The notes beneath the pieces were generated by a model, which was given only the letters and a program-made list of their open reading frames with translations, was not told where the DNA came from and made no database searches. Source: Pseudomonadales bacterium (GTDB taxonomy: Bacteria > Pseudomonadota > Gammaproteobacteria > Pseudomonadales > Azotimanducaceae). Taken from it: 64,000 nt of DNA. The DNA is taken from NCBI GenBank assembly GCA_036351555.1, contig JAZBPI010000156.1, positions 695 to 64,694 of the forward strand. The letters run 5' to 3'. The position numbers were made by a program, and so were the translations under genes. Of this stretch, positions 48,188 to 57,594 are shown in pieces. Position 1 is the first letter of the stretch; the number at the start of each line of letters is the position of its first letter.

Positions 48188-50368
48188 GTGAATCGTCCCC
48201 TGTTGCCCCTGGCGAGCGCCGTTGCGCTCCTGTCTCTCTCGGCCGTGCCGACCCATGCGGTCGCCGCCTCCATGATCCAGGAAGAGGTCGTGGTCACGGC
48301 GCAGCGGCGGGAGCAGGACATCCGCGACGTGCCGATCAGCGTCAGCACCCTGTCCGGCGACGATCTGTCGAACATCCTCGCCGCCGGAGAGGACATCGGG
48401 GCGCTCGCCGTGCGCATCCCGAGTTTCTATTCGGAGTCGTCGAACGGCCGCGTCGGTCCGCGCTTCTACATCCGCGGTCTCGGCAACACGGATTTCGATC
48501 TGGCCGCCTCGCAGCCGGTGCTCGTCGTGGTCGACGAGGTCGTCCAGGAGAACGTCATCCTGAAGAGCTTCCCGCTCTTCGATCTGCAGCGCGTGGAGGT
48601 GCTCAAGGGGCCCCAGGGCTCCCTGTTCGGACGCAACACGCCGGCTGGCATCGTGAAGTTCGACACGGTGAAGCCGACCTTCGAGAACGACGGCTACGTG
48701 AGTGCGTCCTACGGCGAGCTCGACACCAAGATCCTCGAGGGTGCCTTCGGGGGAGCCCTCGTGGACGACGTACTGGCCGGACGCTTCTCCCTCCTCTACC
48801 AGGATCGCGAGGACTGGATCGACAACGGCTTCACCGGTCAGTCCGACGCTCTGGGCGGCTTCGAGGAACTGGCCTGGCGCGGTCAGCTGCTGTGGACGCC
48901 GGCGGACTCGCTCAGCGTGCTCACGAATCTCCACGGCCGCAATCTCGACGGCACCGCGCAGCCCTTCCGGGCCAATGCGGTGGGTCCGGGTGGTGACTTC
49001 CTGAACGGCAACTTCGATCGCGATACGGTGTTCTTCGACGAGGGTGCGAACAATCCGCAGAAGTACCGGTCCCTCGGCGGCAGTGTGCGGGTCGACTGGG
49101 AGCAGGAGAGCGGCATCACGCTGACCTCCATCACTGCCTACGAAACCACGGACGGCACCAGCTTCGGCGATGTCGACGGCGGCTCCGGCGCGGGCCCGGG
49201 GGCGTTTCCGCCGCCGATTCCCTTCCCGTCCGCGACCCAGGACAGCATCGACGAACTCGATCAGCTGACCCAGGAGTTCCGCTGGAGCGGCGAGGGCGAC
49301 GCCATGAGCTGGCAGGCCGGCGTGTTCCTCTTCGACAGCACCCTGACCATCACGACCGATCCCTTCTTCGTGGATCCGTCCACGGTCACGCACCGCAACC
49401 AGTCCTGGGCCGTCTTCGGACAGGTCAGCTACGACCTGAGCGACCGCCTGAATCTCACGGCCGGAGCCCGCTTCACGGAGGACGAGAAGGTGCTCACGGC
49501 GGATCGGAGCAACTTCCCGGTCGCGGACGTGCGCGTCGACGACTCCGACATCAGCTGGGATCTCGCGGCGCTCTATCGTGTCAGCGACGAGCTGAATCTG
49601 TTCGCGCGCATCGCGCGCGGCTTCCGGGCGCCGACGATCCAGGCGCGTGACGTCGCCTTCTTCGGAGCCCCCACCACGGCGGGCTCGGAAATCATCACGT
49701 CCTACGAGGCGGGCGCGAAGGCGACGGTCTTCGACAACCGTCTGCGCTTCAACTGGACGGCGTTCTACTACGAGATCGAGGACCAGCAGCTCTCGGCCAT
49801 CGGGGGTGCCGGCAACCTCATCCAGCTCGTGAACGCGCGCAAGGGCATCGGCAGCGGCTTCGAACTGGACGCCGAGTGGTACCTCAACGAGAACTACTTC
49901 TTCACCCTCGGCTACAGCCTCAACGATACGGAGATCGACGACCCCAACCTGCGCGTCGCGCCCTGCGGTTCGGGCATCTGCACCGTGCAGGACGTGGTCG
50001 ACGCGAGCGGCAATGCGCTCGTCAACGGCAATGCCTTCCCGCACGCGCCGGACACCATCGTCTACGCGACCGCGAACTACAATCGCGTGCTCGGTGACGG
50101 CGGCGAGATCTTCGCGACGGCGGACTATGCGCGACAGGGTGAGACGCAGTTCTTCCTCTACGAGTCGGCGGAGTTCCGCAGCGACGGCAACTTCGAGCTC
50201 GGCCTGCGCCTCGGCTATCGTCGAACGGACGGCAGCTGGCAGGCGTCTCTCTTCGGTCGCAACATCACCGACGAGGAGAACATGAAGGGCGGGATCGACT
50301 TCAACAACAACACGGTCTACGTGAACGAGCCGCGCGTCTGGGGCCTGAACGTCCGCGTCGGCCTCTGA
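48188..50368 (+). CDS. TonB-dependent outer-membrane receptor
   Basis: GTG 48188 after GGAGG; signal peptide ...PTHAVAAS; plug region EEVVVTAQRREQDIRDVPISVS; 726 aa beta-barrel-type sequence. Confidence 0.9.
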   Translation: MNRPLLPLASAVALLSLSAVPTHAVAASMIQEEVVVTAQRREQDIRDVPISVSTLSGDDLSNILAAGEDIGALAVRIPSFYSESSNGRVGPRFYIRGLGNTDFDLAASQPVLVVVDEVVQENVILKSFPLFDLQRVEVLKGPQGSLFGRNTPAGIVKFDTVKPTFENDGYVSASYGELDTKILEGAFGGALVDDVLAGRFSLLYQDREDWIDNGFTGQSDALGGFEELAWRGQLLWTPADSLSVLTNLHGRNLDGTAQPFRANAVGPGGDFLNGNFDRDTVFFDEGANNPQKYRSLGGSVRVDWEQESGITLTSITAYETTDGTSFGDVDGGSGAGPGAFPPPIPFPSATQDSIDELDQLTQEFRWSGEGDAMSWQAGVFLFDSTLTITTDPFFVDPSTVTHRNQSWAVFGQVSYDLSDRLNLTAGARFTEDEKVLTADRSNFPVADVRVDDSDISWDLAALYRVSDELNLFARIARGFRAPTIQARDVAFFGAPTTAGSEIITSYEAGAKATVFDNRLRFNWTAFYYEIEDQQLSAIGGAGNLIQLVNARKGIGSGFELDAEWYLNENYFFTLGYSLNDTEIDDPNLRVAPCGSGICTVQDVVDASGNALVNGNAFPHAPDTIVYATANYNRVLGDGGEIFATADYARQGETQFFLYESAEFRSDGNFELGLRLGYRRTDGSWQASLFGRNITDEENMKGGIDFNNNTVYVNEPRVWGLNVRVGL

Positions 50369-50507
50369 GTCGGCGCCCTCCTCGACGGAGCGGTGCGGAG
50401 CCCGGGGCAGCGTCAGGCGGGCTCGGGCAGCGGACCGCCGGGCGGTCGCCGCGGCCGGATTCCTGGTGCCGGAGGTCGGGACAGGCGCCGGCACGGCTCG
50501 TACAATC

Positions 50508-50542
50508 ATCATGGCGGTCGGTGATGTCGCCGCCGCCATGAT
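50508..50542 (+). promoter_or_regulatory. 5'-leader hairpin before the CSD-DUF1294 gene
   Basis: ATCATGGCGG (50508-50517) / CCGCCATGAT (50533-50542), 10-bp perfect stem, immediately after a TACAAT -10-like hexamer (50501-50506). Confidence 0.45.
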
Positions 50543-50569
50543 CCCGGGCTGATCGCCAGGAGAGAGCTG

Positions 50570-51199
50570 ATGCGTCTGAAGGGCCGCGTCGTGGAATGGA
50601 ACGATGCGCGCGGCTTCGGGTTCGTCCTGCCGGAGGACGGAGACGAGAAGCTCTTCGTCCACATTCGCGCCTTTCCGGACCGCCGAAGGCCTCGCGTCGA
50701 CGACGAGATCAGCTACGAGCTCGGCCAGGATCCCCGCGGGCGTCCCTGCGCCCAGGGCGTTCGCTACCAGGAGGCGCTTCCGCAGCGCGCACAGCACCAT
50801 CTGTCGCGCTTCGAATCGATCATCGCGGTCGGCTGCTTTCTCGGCGTGCTCCTTCTGGGCGTCAATCACGACATCGTGCCCTTCGGCCTGGTCCTCATGT
50901 ACGTCCTGCTCAGCCTCTTCGCCTTCGGCCTCTATGCCTGGGACAAGTACGCGGCCCTGCATGACCGATGGCGAACCAAGGAACGCACGCTCCTGCTCGT
51001 GGGCTTCCTGGGTGGCTGGCCCGGCGCCCTGATCGCACAGGACCGTCTGCGGCATCTCACCCGGAAGGCGCACTTTCGCCGCTATTTCTGGCTGTCCGTG
51101 GTCGGCAACATCGTCTTCCTCTGCTGGCTGCTGACCCCCGACGGACGCATCATCATGCGTGCGCTCGGCACCCTCGCAGGCGGCAGCTTCGGCGGCTGA
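50570..51199 (+). CDS. cold-shock-domain protein fused to DUF1294 membrane domain
   Basis: N-terminus GRVVEWNDARGFGFV (CSD RNP motif); C-terminal hydrophobic DKYAA...WRTKE segment typical of DUF1294. Confidence 0.8.
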   Translation: MRLKGRVVEWNDARGFGFVLPEDGDEKLFVHIRAFPDRRRPRVDDEISYELGQDPRGRPCAQGVRYQEALPQRAQHHLSRFESIIAVGCFLGVLLLGVNHDIVPFGLVLMYVLLSLFAFGLYAWDKYAALHDRWRTKERTLLLVGFLGGWPGALIAQDRLRHLTRKAHFRRYFWLSVVGNIVFLCWLLTPDGRIIMRALGTLAGGSFGG

Positions 51200-51200
51200 T

Positions 51201-52115
51201 TCAGCTTTCTCCGCATCCGCGGGTGCGCCTCGGGCCGCTTTCGACCCGGGCACGTGGCCGGGCCCTGAGCAGCGCGAGCAGAAGCGCAGCAGCGGCCGGG
51301 CCCAGGCGCTCGAGGAGCAGCCGTCGGCCCTCGGTCGTCGAGCCCCGTGCGAGCGCGAAGCCGGCCTGCAGGTCCAGGGCGGTCACCGGGGGGCGGTTGT
51401 GCAGGATCCGCCGCGATGCATCGGCAAGCCGCTTCTCGACCTGCGCGACACCGAGAGGACCCCGTTCGAGCGTGCCCGTTGCGCGGTGCCAGCGGAGCCG
51501 GGGCGCTGCAAACAGGGGCCAGTCACCGAAGGGCACCTCGGCGAGCCCGGCGTCCCTGTCCAGATCGTGCAGGCGTCGGGCGCGCAGCTGCAGTTCGTCG
51601 AACGCCGTGGCCAGTTCGCCGTCGCAGCACACCAGACAGGGCGCGCGATCCGGGTCCCCGGGCAGCGCAAGGGCAGTGCCCGTGCGACGCAGGTCGCGGA
51701 CGCGCGCCTCGAGAAGGATCGGGAGCCCGACACCGGTGGCGCGCACCAGGCTGCAGGCGGCGCGGGGCAGGTCCGGTAGATGGCGGGCGAGGCCCTCCCA
51801 GGTGTCGGCCGTGATCGGCCTCGGCCACCGTGCGAAGCCCAGCTGTCGGGCCACGCGGTCGTCGTCGTCGCCGAGGCAGCGATAGAGGAACACCAGGGCA
51901 GTGCTGGCGGCGTCCTGTCGGGTCGCGTTCAGGCGGCGGACATGGCGGTGGATCTGCTCGGGCGTGATCCGGGCGGGATGGCGCCATCCCTGCGCGCCGA
52001 GAAACTGTCTGATGGCGACCAGACGCTCGCGCGCCGTCTCGGGCGGCGCACCCTCGTCGACGAATGCCTGGCGTAGCGCACCGAAGAGCGTCGCTCGGGA
52101 CGTGCACGGATTCAT
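51201..52115 (-). CDS. degenerate integron-integrase-like tyrosine recombinase (catalytic residues apparently lost)
   Basis: Collinear by eye with IntI1. SAM-like N-domain (AASTALVFLYR vs STHRQALAALLFFY). TGVGLPILLEARVRDL vs TGMRISEGLQLRVKDL. IntI-type insertion (DWPLFAAPRLRWHRATGTLER). Box II LDLQAGFA vs HTLRHSFA. Confidence 0.6.
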   Translation of the reverse strand: MNPCTSRATLFGALRQAFVDEGAPPETARERLVAIRQFLGAQGWRHPARITPEQIHRHVRRLNATRQDAASTALVFLYRCLGDDDDRVARQLGFARWPRPITADTWEGLARHLPDLPRAACSLVRATGVGLPILLEARVRDLRRTGTALALPGDPDRAPCLVCCDGELATAFDELQLRARRLHDLDRDAGLAEVPFGDWPLFAAPRLRWHRATGTLERGPLGVAQVEKRLADASRRILHNRPPVTALDLQAGFALARGSTTEGRRLLLERLGPAAAALLLALLRARPRARVESGPRRTRGCGES

Positions 52116-52314
52116 GCGGGCGTTCTCGGTCCCTGGAAAACCGCAGTCTCGCCGGCCCGCCCCGCGATCGGCGCCCGGCAGGAGCTGGAGGCTGTGCGAG
52201 TGCGGGCCGGCGACGCCGTGCGAGCCTGCCCATGACCGAGCGGCTTGCGGTCGACGCCGAACGCTGGGCACCATCGTGCATCGACGCCGGGCACGCCCCG
52301 GGAGAGGAGTGCAG

Positions 52315-52773
52315 ATGACCACGGTCGACGGCTACGGAACCCTGTTCGATCGGTTCACGGGACAGGATGCGCGCCCTGCAACGCGGGCCGGATCCGTCCG
52401 CGACGCCGGCCGCGGCTGGCTGATCGCCGGCCTTCTCGCGGCTCTGGCCCTCGGCCTGGCACCGTTGGCTGCCACGAATGCGAAGGCCATCGACCCGGAA
52501 CTGCTTCTGTTGTTGCGTCTCATGGGCGTGATCAAGCTGTCCATGGCCTTCCTTGCTGCGGGGCTGCTCTGGTGGCGACTCGGCGAACCGCTCTCCGCGG
52601 GCCTGGCGTGGCTCGCGCGGGTCGCGGTCTGCGTCCAGGTGAGCACGGCCTGCCTGATCCTCGGTGTCACCTGGGTCGCGCCGGCGGCGTTCGCATTCCA
52701 TGTCGCGCTGGCAGCACTGATCCTCGTCGCCTGTCTCGATCGACCGAGCCGGCGTGCATCGATCGACCGCTGA
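52315..52773 (+). CDS. hypothetical membrane protein, 152 aa
   Basis: RBS GGAGAGGAG; 3-4 hydrophobic segments. Confidence 0.6.
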   Translation: MTTVDGYGTLFDRFTGQDARPATRAGSVRDAGRGWLIAGLLAALALGLAPLAATNAKAIDPELLLLLRLMGVIKLSMAFLAAGLLWWRLGEPLSAGLAWLARVAVCVQVSTACLILGVTWVAPAAFAFHVALAALILVACLDRPSRRASIDR

Positions 52774-53326
52774 TTCCAGGCCCCGGGACCGGGCGGGAAG
52801 GTTTCCCTTCACCTGCACGGATTGCGGTGAGCGGCACGCCGTGGAGACCCTCTTCGGTTTCCCCGATCCGGACGACCTCCACGAACCCGTAGGGCCGGCA
52901 GATCGCGACGCGACGGGGCGGGGCCTCGATCCCGCAGCCGGCGCCGAGGAGGATCTGCGGCGTTCCGGCGTCCACTTCTACCTCCGAGGTCTGCTTCCGG
53001 TGCCCCTGCGGGACCGCCCCGGCGCGTTCGTCTGGGGCCTCTGGGTCCGCATCGACCCGCCTTCGGCGCTTCGCTACCGTCATCATCTGGACGGCGGCGC
53101 CTTGCCCGCCTCCAGCCCGGGCGTGCTGGCGAATCGACTGCCGGGCTATCCGGAGACCCGTGGATTGCCGGTCACTCTCCGCTATGAGCCCGGGCCCGTG
53201 CGACCCGGGATCGAGCTCGATCGGGTCGAACATCCGCTGGTACGGGATCAACTGCTCGGCCTGGCGGACGGTTGCGCCGCGCGGCTCGCGATGGCGGTGC
53301 TGCACGGGAACAGGCGGTCCGTCTGA
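52754..53326 (+). CDS. DUF2199-like protein
   Basis: FTCTDCGERH near the N-terminus and a WGLWVRI segment as in DUF2199 proteins; GTG start overlaps the upstream gene by 20 nt. Confidence 0.55.
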   Translation: MHRSTADSRPRDRAGRFPFTCTDCGERHAVETLFGFPDPDDLHEPVGPADRDATGRGLDPAAGAEEDLRRSGVHFYLRGLLPVPLRDRPGAFVWGLWVRIDPPSALRYRHHLDGGALPASSPGVLANRLPGYPETRGLPVTLRYEPGPVRPGIELDRVEHPLVRDQLLGLADGCAARLAMAVLHGNRRSV

Positions 53327-53468
53327 GGCGGCCCCGGCAGGCACCGGTTCTGCTCGATGGCGATCGCGCAGCGCGGCGTGCGTCGACGACCAGCGGCCCT
53401 CCATCGCGATGTACGCGCTCCGCACCACATACTTCGCGCGAATCCTGTCCAGCCGAAGGAGACCTGCC

Positions 53469-54062
53469 ATGCCGCTCGTCCCGCCTCTTCCTGCAGACCA
53501 TGACCCCGAGGTCGCGGCGCTCGCCCGCTTCTTCGACGAGACCCTGGGCTTCTGTCCGAACAGTGTCCTGACGATGCAGCGACGGCCGGCGATCGCGCGG
53601 GCATTCATCGAGCTCAACAAGGCCGTCATGGAGAACCACGGCCGGGTGACCAGCGCGCTCAAGCGCCTGATCGGCTACGTCTGCAGTCATGCGGCGGGCT
53701 GTCGCTACTGCGAGGCGCACACGATCCGTGCGGCGGACCGCTATGGCGCAGAGGATGAGCAGCTCGCGAACGTCTGGTCCTTCCGGACTCATGCGGCCTT
53801 CTCCCCGGCGGAGCGCGCCGCCCTCGAGTTCGCCCTCGCGGCGGCACAGGTCCCGAACGCGGTGGACGATGCGGTGAGCGAGGCCCTCCATGCGCACTGG
53901 GACGAGGGCGAGATCGTGGAGATCCTCGGCGTCGTGTCCCTGTTCGGCTATCTGAATCGCTGGAACGATTCCATGGGGACCGTGCTCGAACCCGATGCGG
54001 CTGCATCCGCGGAGCAGTGGCTGGTCCCGGGGGCCGGCTGGACCCGCGGCAAGCACGTCTGA
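53469..54062 (+). CDS. AhpD-like / carboxymuconolactone decarboxylase family protein
   Basis: CxxC motif HAAGCRYCEAHT; RBS GAAGGAGA. Confidence 0.75.
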   Translation: MPLVPPLPADHDPEVAALARFFDETLGFCPNSVLTMQRRPAIARAFIELNKAVMENHGRVTSALKRLIGYVCSHAAGCRYCEAHTIRAADRYGAEDEQLANVWSFRTHAAFSPAERAALEFALAAAQVPNAVDDAVSEALHAHWDEGEIVEILGVVSLFGYLNRWNDSMGTVLEPDAAASAEQWLVPGAGWTRGKHV

Positions 54063-54159
54063 CGTCCTTCGCGCGTCCTGTCCCGCCGGGGGTGGCCAGG
54101 GCTATGATCCGGCGCCTCGAGGAGGGGCCGGGTCGCGCCCCCGATCGCAAGGAGAGAGC

Positions 54160-54633
54160 ATGAGGGATGCACGAATCCGTCCGGGGACCCCGGACGATCT
54201 CGATGCCATGCTGGCGCTGCTGCCCCGCCTGGCCGAATTCGAGCTGCCGGAGGGGCGCGCTGCGGAGGATCTCTGGCGCGGTGACGCGCAGACCCTCGAG
54301 CGCTGGGCGCGACAGGGCGACGACGACTGCATCGTGCTGGTCGCGGAGGACGACCGGCATGGAGTCGTGGGCGTCGCGCTCGTGCGTCTGCAGCCCGAGT
54401 TCATGAACAGGACGCCCAGCGCTCACCTCGAGGCGATCGCGATCGCCCGGGTCGCCGATGGCCACGGCCTCGGACGCCGGTTGCTCGCCGAGGCGGAAGC
54501 CGCTGCGGTGCGCCGCGGTGCCGGCTCCATGACGCTGCACGTGTTCGCGAACAACGAGCGTGCGCGCTCCGTCTACGATCGGCACGGCTACGCGGGCGAG
54601 CTCCTGCGCTACGTGAAGCGCTTCGGGGACTGA
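54160..54633 (+). CDS. GNAT family N-acetyltransferase
   Basis: Acetyl-CoA motif VADGHGLGRRLLAEAEAAA...; RBS AAGGAGAGAG. Confidence 0.85.
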   Translation: MRDARIRPGTPDDLDAMLALLPRLAEFELPEGRAAEDLWRGDAQTLERWARQGDDDCIVLVAEDDRHGVVGVALVRLQPEFMNRTPSAHLEAIAIARVADGHGLGRRLLAEAEAAAVRRGAGSMTLHVFANNERARSVYDRHGYAGELLRYVKRFGD

Positions 54634-54740
54634 GGCGCGCCCCGTCGTGTTCGGTGGGCTGCAGCTGCCGGGCCGCGCTCGGTTGACCGTCGTTCCCGTC
54701 GAGCGCACCGTTGGGCGAAGGCATCCCGGGGGAGGAGAGC

Positions 54741-55829
54741 ATGCAGGGATCGGTGGATTTCCAGGTACGCCGCGACGCACTGCGCACCACGAGGTGGGTC
54801 TCGCTGGATGCGCCGGAGGCGGCGCCCCTCGCCGAGGGCGAGATCATCGTCGCGGTCGATCTGTTCGCCTTCACCGCGAACAACGTCACCTACGCCGTGT
54901 TCGGCGAGGCCATGAAGTACTGGGATTTCTTTCCCGCAGAGGCCGGCTGGGGCCGGATCCCGGTGTGGGGATTCGGCGAGGTGGTGCGGTCCCTCCACGA
55001 GGACGTGAAGGTCGGAGAACGCCTCTACGGCTACTTCCCCATGTCGTCCTGGGTGCGCATGAAGCCCGTTCGCTCGACGACGCGGGGCTTCACGGACGGT
55101 GCCGAGCACCGTGCGCATCTGCATCCCGTCTACAACAGCTATCAGCGCACGGCTTCGGATCCTGCCTATCGCAGGGCCGAGGAAGGCCTGCAGATGTTGC
55201 TGCGCCCCCTGTTCACGACCTCCTTCCTGATCGAGGATTTCTTCGCGGACGCGGATGCCTTCGGGGCGAAGCAGATCCTGCTCACGAGCGCGTCCAGCAA
55301 GACCGCCCTCGGCGTGGCACACCTGGCGCACGAACGCGGAGATCTCTCGGTGGTCGGCCTCACGTCGCCGCAGCATGTCGACTTCTGTGAAGGACTCGGC
55401 AGCTACGATCGCGTGCTGGCCTACGACGCGCTCGAGGCGATCGACGTCTCGCAACCGGCAGTCTCGGTCGACATGGCCGGAAACAGTGCGGTCCTGGCGC
55501 GCATCCATGCGCACCTCGGCGATGGTCTCAAGCACAGCATGCTCGTCGGGGGGACGCACTGGGAGGCTCGCGGTGGAGCGGGGGCCCTGGCCGGACCGGA
55601 GCCGGTGCTGTTCTTCGCGCCGGACCGGATTCGCACGCGCATGGCGGACTGGGGTGCGGACGGCTACGACGCGCGCCTCGCGAAGGCCTGGGAGGGCTTC
55701 GTCGACGCGACCGGCGCCTGGCTCCAGGTCCGCACGGATGCGGGGACCGACGCGGTCGAGCGGGTCTATCTGGACACCCTCGACGGGCGGGTCGATCCGG
55801 CCCTCGGGCAAGTGCTCACGCTTCTCTGA
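54741..55829 (+). CDS. DUF2855-like (MDR-fold-like) protein
   Basis: FAFTANNVTYAVFGEAMKYWDFFP characteristic N-terminal region; RBS GGAGGAGAG. Confidence 0.6.
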   Translation: MQGSVDFQVRRDALRTTRWVSLDAPEAAPLAEGEIIVAVDLFAFTANNVTYAVFGEAMKYWDFFPAEAGWGRIPVWGFGEVVRSLHEDVKVGERLYGYFPMSSWVRMKPVRSTTRGFTDGAEHRAHLHPVYNSYQRTASDPAYRRAEEGLQMLLRPLFTTSFLIEDFFADADAFGAKQILLTSASSKTALGVAHLAHERGDLSVVGLTSPQHVDFCEGLGSYDRVLAYDALEAIDVSQPAVSVDMAGNSAVLARIHAHLGDGLKHSMLVGGTHWEARGGAGALAGPEPVLFFAPDRIRTRMADWGADGYDARLAKAWEGFVDATGAWLQVRTDAGTDAVERVYLDTLDGRVDPALGQVLTLL

Positions 55830-55834
55830 GCGGT

Positions 55835-56908
55835 TCAGGACAGCAGCGTCGCGGTCTTCACGACGCCGAAAACCTCCTGCCCCGCCTGCAGGTCGAGTCG
55901 CGCGCAGGATCGGCGCGTGATTCGCGCCACCAGGTGCACCGCCGCGCAGGACAGCCTCAGGTCCATCCAGGGACCCTCGGCTTCCATCAGCTCGACGATG
56001 CGTGCAGGAAAGCAGTTCGCGGCGCTGATCGCCTCGGGCGGGGCCAGGGCGATGAGCAGGTCTTCCGCGCGCAGCGCGACCCGCACCCGTGTTCCCGGCG
56101 CCGCGTCGCAGCGCGCGACCTGGAGCGGCCCCCCGGCCCAGTGCAGGGTGGTCAGACCCCAGGCGTCGTCGTGATCGATCACCTCCGCGAGGATCACGCT
56201 TTCCGGCGCGCCCCCGAAGCGTGATGCGAGATCCAGGCGCGTGAGCAGCTCGCCCACGGCCCCCTCCGCGACGCAACGACCCGCCTCGAGCAGCAGCACA
56301 CGATCCGCGATCCGCGCGACCTCGTCCCGCTGATGGCTCACGTAGAGCATCGGAATGCCCCGCGAATCCCGCAACGCCTCCAGGCAGCCGAGGACCTCGC
56401 GACGGCGCGCCGGGTCCAGCGCCGAAAGCGGTTCGTCCAGCAGCAGGAGGTCCGGGTCCGACAGCAGGGCGCGGCCGATCGCCACCCGCTGGCGCTCGCC
56501 GCCCGAGAGGCTGTTCGGCGCGCGGGGCAGGAGCGTCTCGATGCCGAGCAGCGCCAGGAGTTCCTGGAATGCCTGCTTCGTGAGGGGGCTGCGGCGGCGC
56601 CCGGTACCGAAGAGCAGGTTCTGTCTGACGCTGAGGTGCGGGAACAGTCGCGCGTCCTGGAAGACGCAGGCGAAGCGGCGTGCCCGGGCAGGGACCCAGG
56701 TGCCGGTCCCGGCGTCGAAGAGCACCCGCTCCTCGAAGCGCACGTGCCCCTGGTCCGGTCGCAGGAGCCCGGCCACGGCGTGCAGCAGCGTGGTCTTGCC
56801 GGAGCCGGACGGACCGAAGATCGCGGTGACGCCATGCCCGTTCAGCTCGGTGCGGAGGTCCAGCGTGAAGGTGCCGCGCCGATGGCGGAGTTCGATGGCG
56901 AGACTCAT
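55835..56908 (-). CDS. modC: molybdate ABC transporter ATP-binding protein
   Basis: Walker A GPSGSGKTTLL, LSGGERQRVAIGRAL, C-terminal TOBE-like domain; ATGA overlap with modB. Confidence 0.9.
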   Translation of the reverse strand: MSLAIELRHRRGTFTLDLRTELNGHGVTAIFGPSGSGKTTLLHAVAGLLRPDQGHVRFEERVLFDAGTGTWVPARARRFACVFQDARLFPHLSVRQNLLFGTGRRRSPLTKQAFQELLALLGIETLLPRAPNSLSGGERQRVAIGRALLSDPDLLLLDEPLSALDPARRREVLGCLEALRDSRGIPMLYVSHQRDEVARIADRVLLLEAGRCVAEGAVGELLTRLDLASRFGGAPESVILAEVIDHDDAWGLTTLHWAGGPLQVARCDAAPGTRVRVALRAEDLLIALAPPEAISAANCFPARIVELMEAEGPWMDLRLSCAAVHLVARITRRSCARLDLQAGQEVFGVVKTATLLS

Positions 56909-57594
56909 GCCGAGGTCCAACGGCGCAGGCGTCGGGCGGCGAGTTCGGAGGCGAAGAGCCCGGCGAGTGCGAGCAGGATGGACAGACCGGCAAGCCGGGC
57001 CGCAAGCCCCTCGCCGCCCGGCGTCTGGAGGGCACTGTAGATCGCCAGCGGCAGGGTGCGGGTCTCGCCCGGGACGTTGGAGACGAAAGTGATGATCGCG
57101 CCGAATTCGCCCAGGCTCGCCGCGAACGCCGTCATGGCTCCGGCGAGGATGCCGGGGAATGCGAGGGGAAGCGTGATGCGGCGGAAACGCTCCAGGGGCC
57201 CGACGCCGAGCGTCTCGGCGGCCTCCTCGAGGCCGGGATCGATCGCCTCCATCGCGAGGCGGATGGCGCGAACCTGGAAGGGAAAGGACACCACGGCCGC
57301 GGCGAGCGCAGCCCCCGTCCAGTGGAACACGAAGCGAAGGCCGAAGTGCTCGAGGAGCCAGGCACCGAGAGGCGCGCGACTGCCGAAGGTGATCAGGAGC
57401 AGGTAGCCGATCACCACCGGGGGCAGCACGAGCGGCAGGTGCACGATGCCGTCGACCACAAGTTTGCCGGGAAAGTCGCGGCGAGCGAGCAGGCGCGCGA
57501 CGAGAATCGCGAGTGGAAGGGCTGAGAGCACGGCGACGAGGGCGATCTTCAGGCTCAGCAGCAGGGCTTCGAGCTCGGCAGCGGTCAGCACCAT
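56905..57594 (-). CDS. modB: molybdate ABC transporter permease
   Basis: EAA loop LEEAAETLGVGP; 229 aa; ATGA overlap with modA stop. Confidence 0.9.
   Translation of the reverse strand: MVLTAAELEALLLSLKIALVAVLSALPLAILVARLLARRDFPGKLVVDGIVHLPLVLPPVVIGYLLLITFGSRAPLGAWLLEHFGLRFVFHWTGAALAAAVVSFPFQVRAIRLAMEAIDPGLEEAAETLGVGPLERFRRITLPLAFPGILAGAMTAFAASLGEFGAIITFVSNVPGETRTLPLAIYSALQTPGGEGLAARLAGLSILLALAGLFASELAARRLRRWTSA

Noticed and set aside
48113-51253. 1046-aa ORF antisense to the TonB-dependent receptor and the CSD-DUF1294 gene
   Set aside because: Same reasoning. The sense genes have clear signal peptide/plug and CSD motifs.
52116-54159. attI/attC recombination sites between the small genes facing the dead integrase
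   Set aside because: I inspected the three spacers by eye. There are no RYYYAAC/GTTRRRY core pairs and no attC-like bulged palindromes, so only the gene geometry, not the sites, supports an integron.
54160-54633. GNAT as a TacT/AtaT-type toxin of a toxin-antitoxin pair
   Set aside because: No small RHH/DUF1778-type antitoxin ORF lies upstream. The upstream gene is a 197-aa AhpD-like enzyme with its own RBS and a 97-nt gap.
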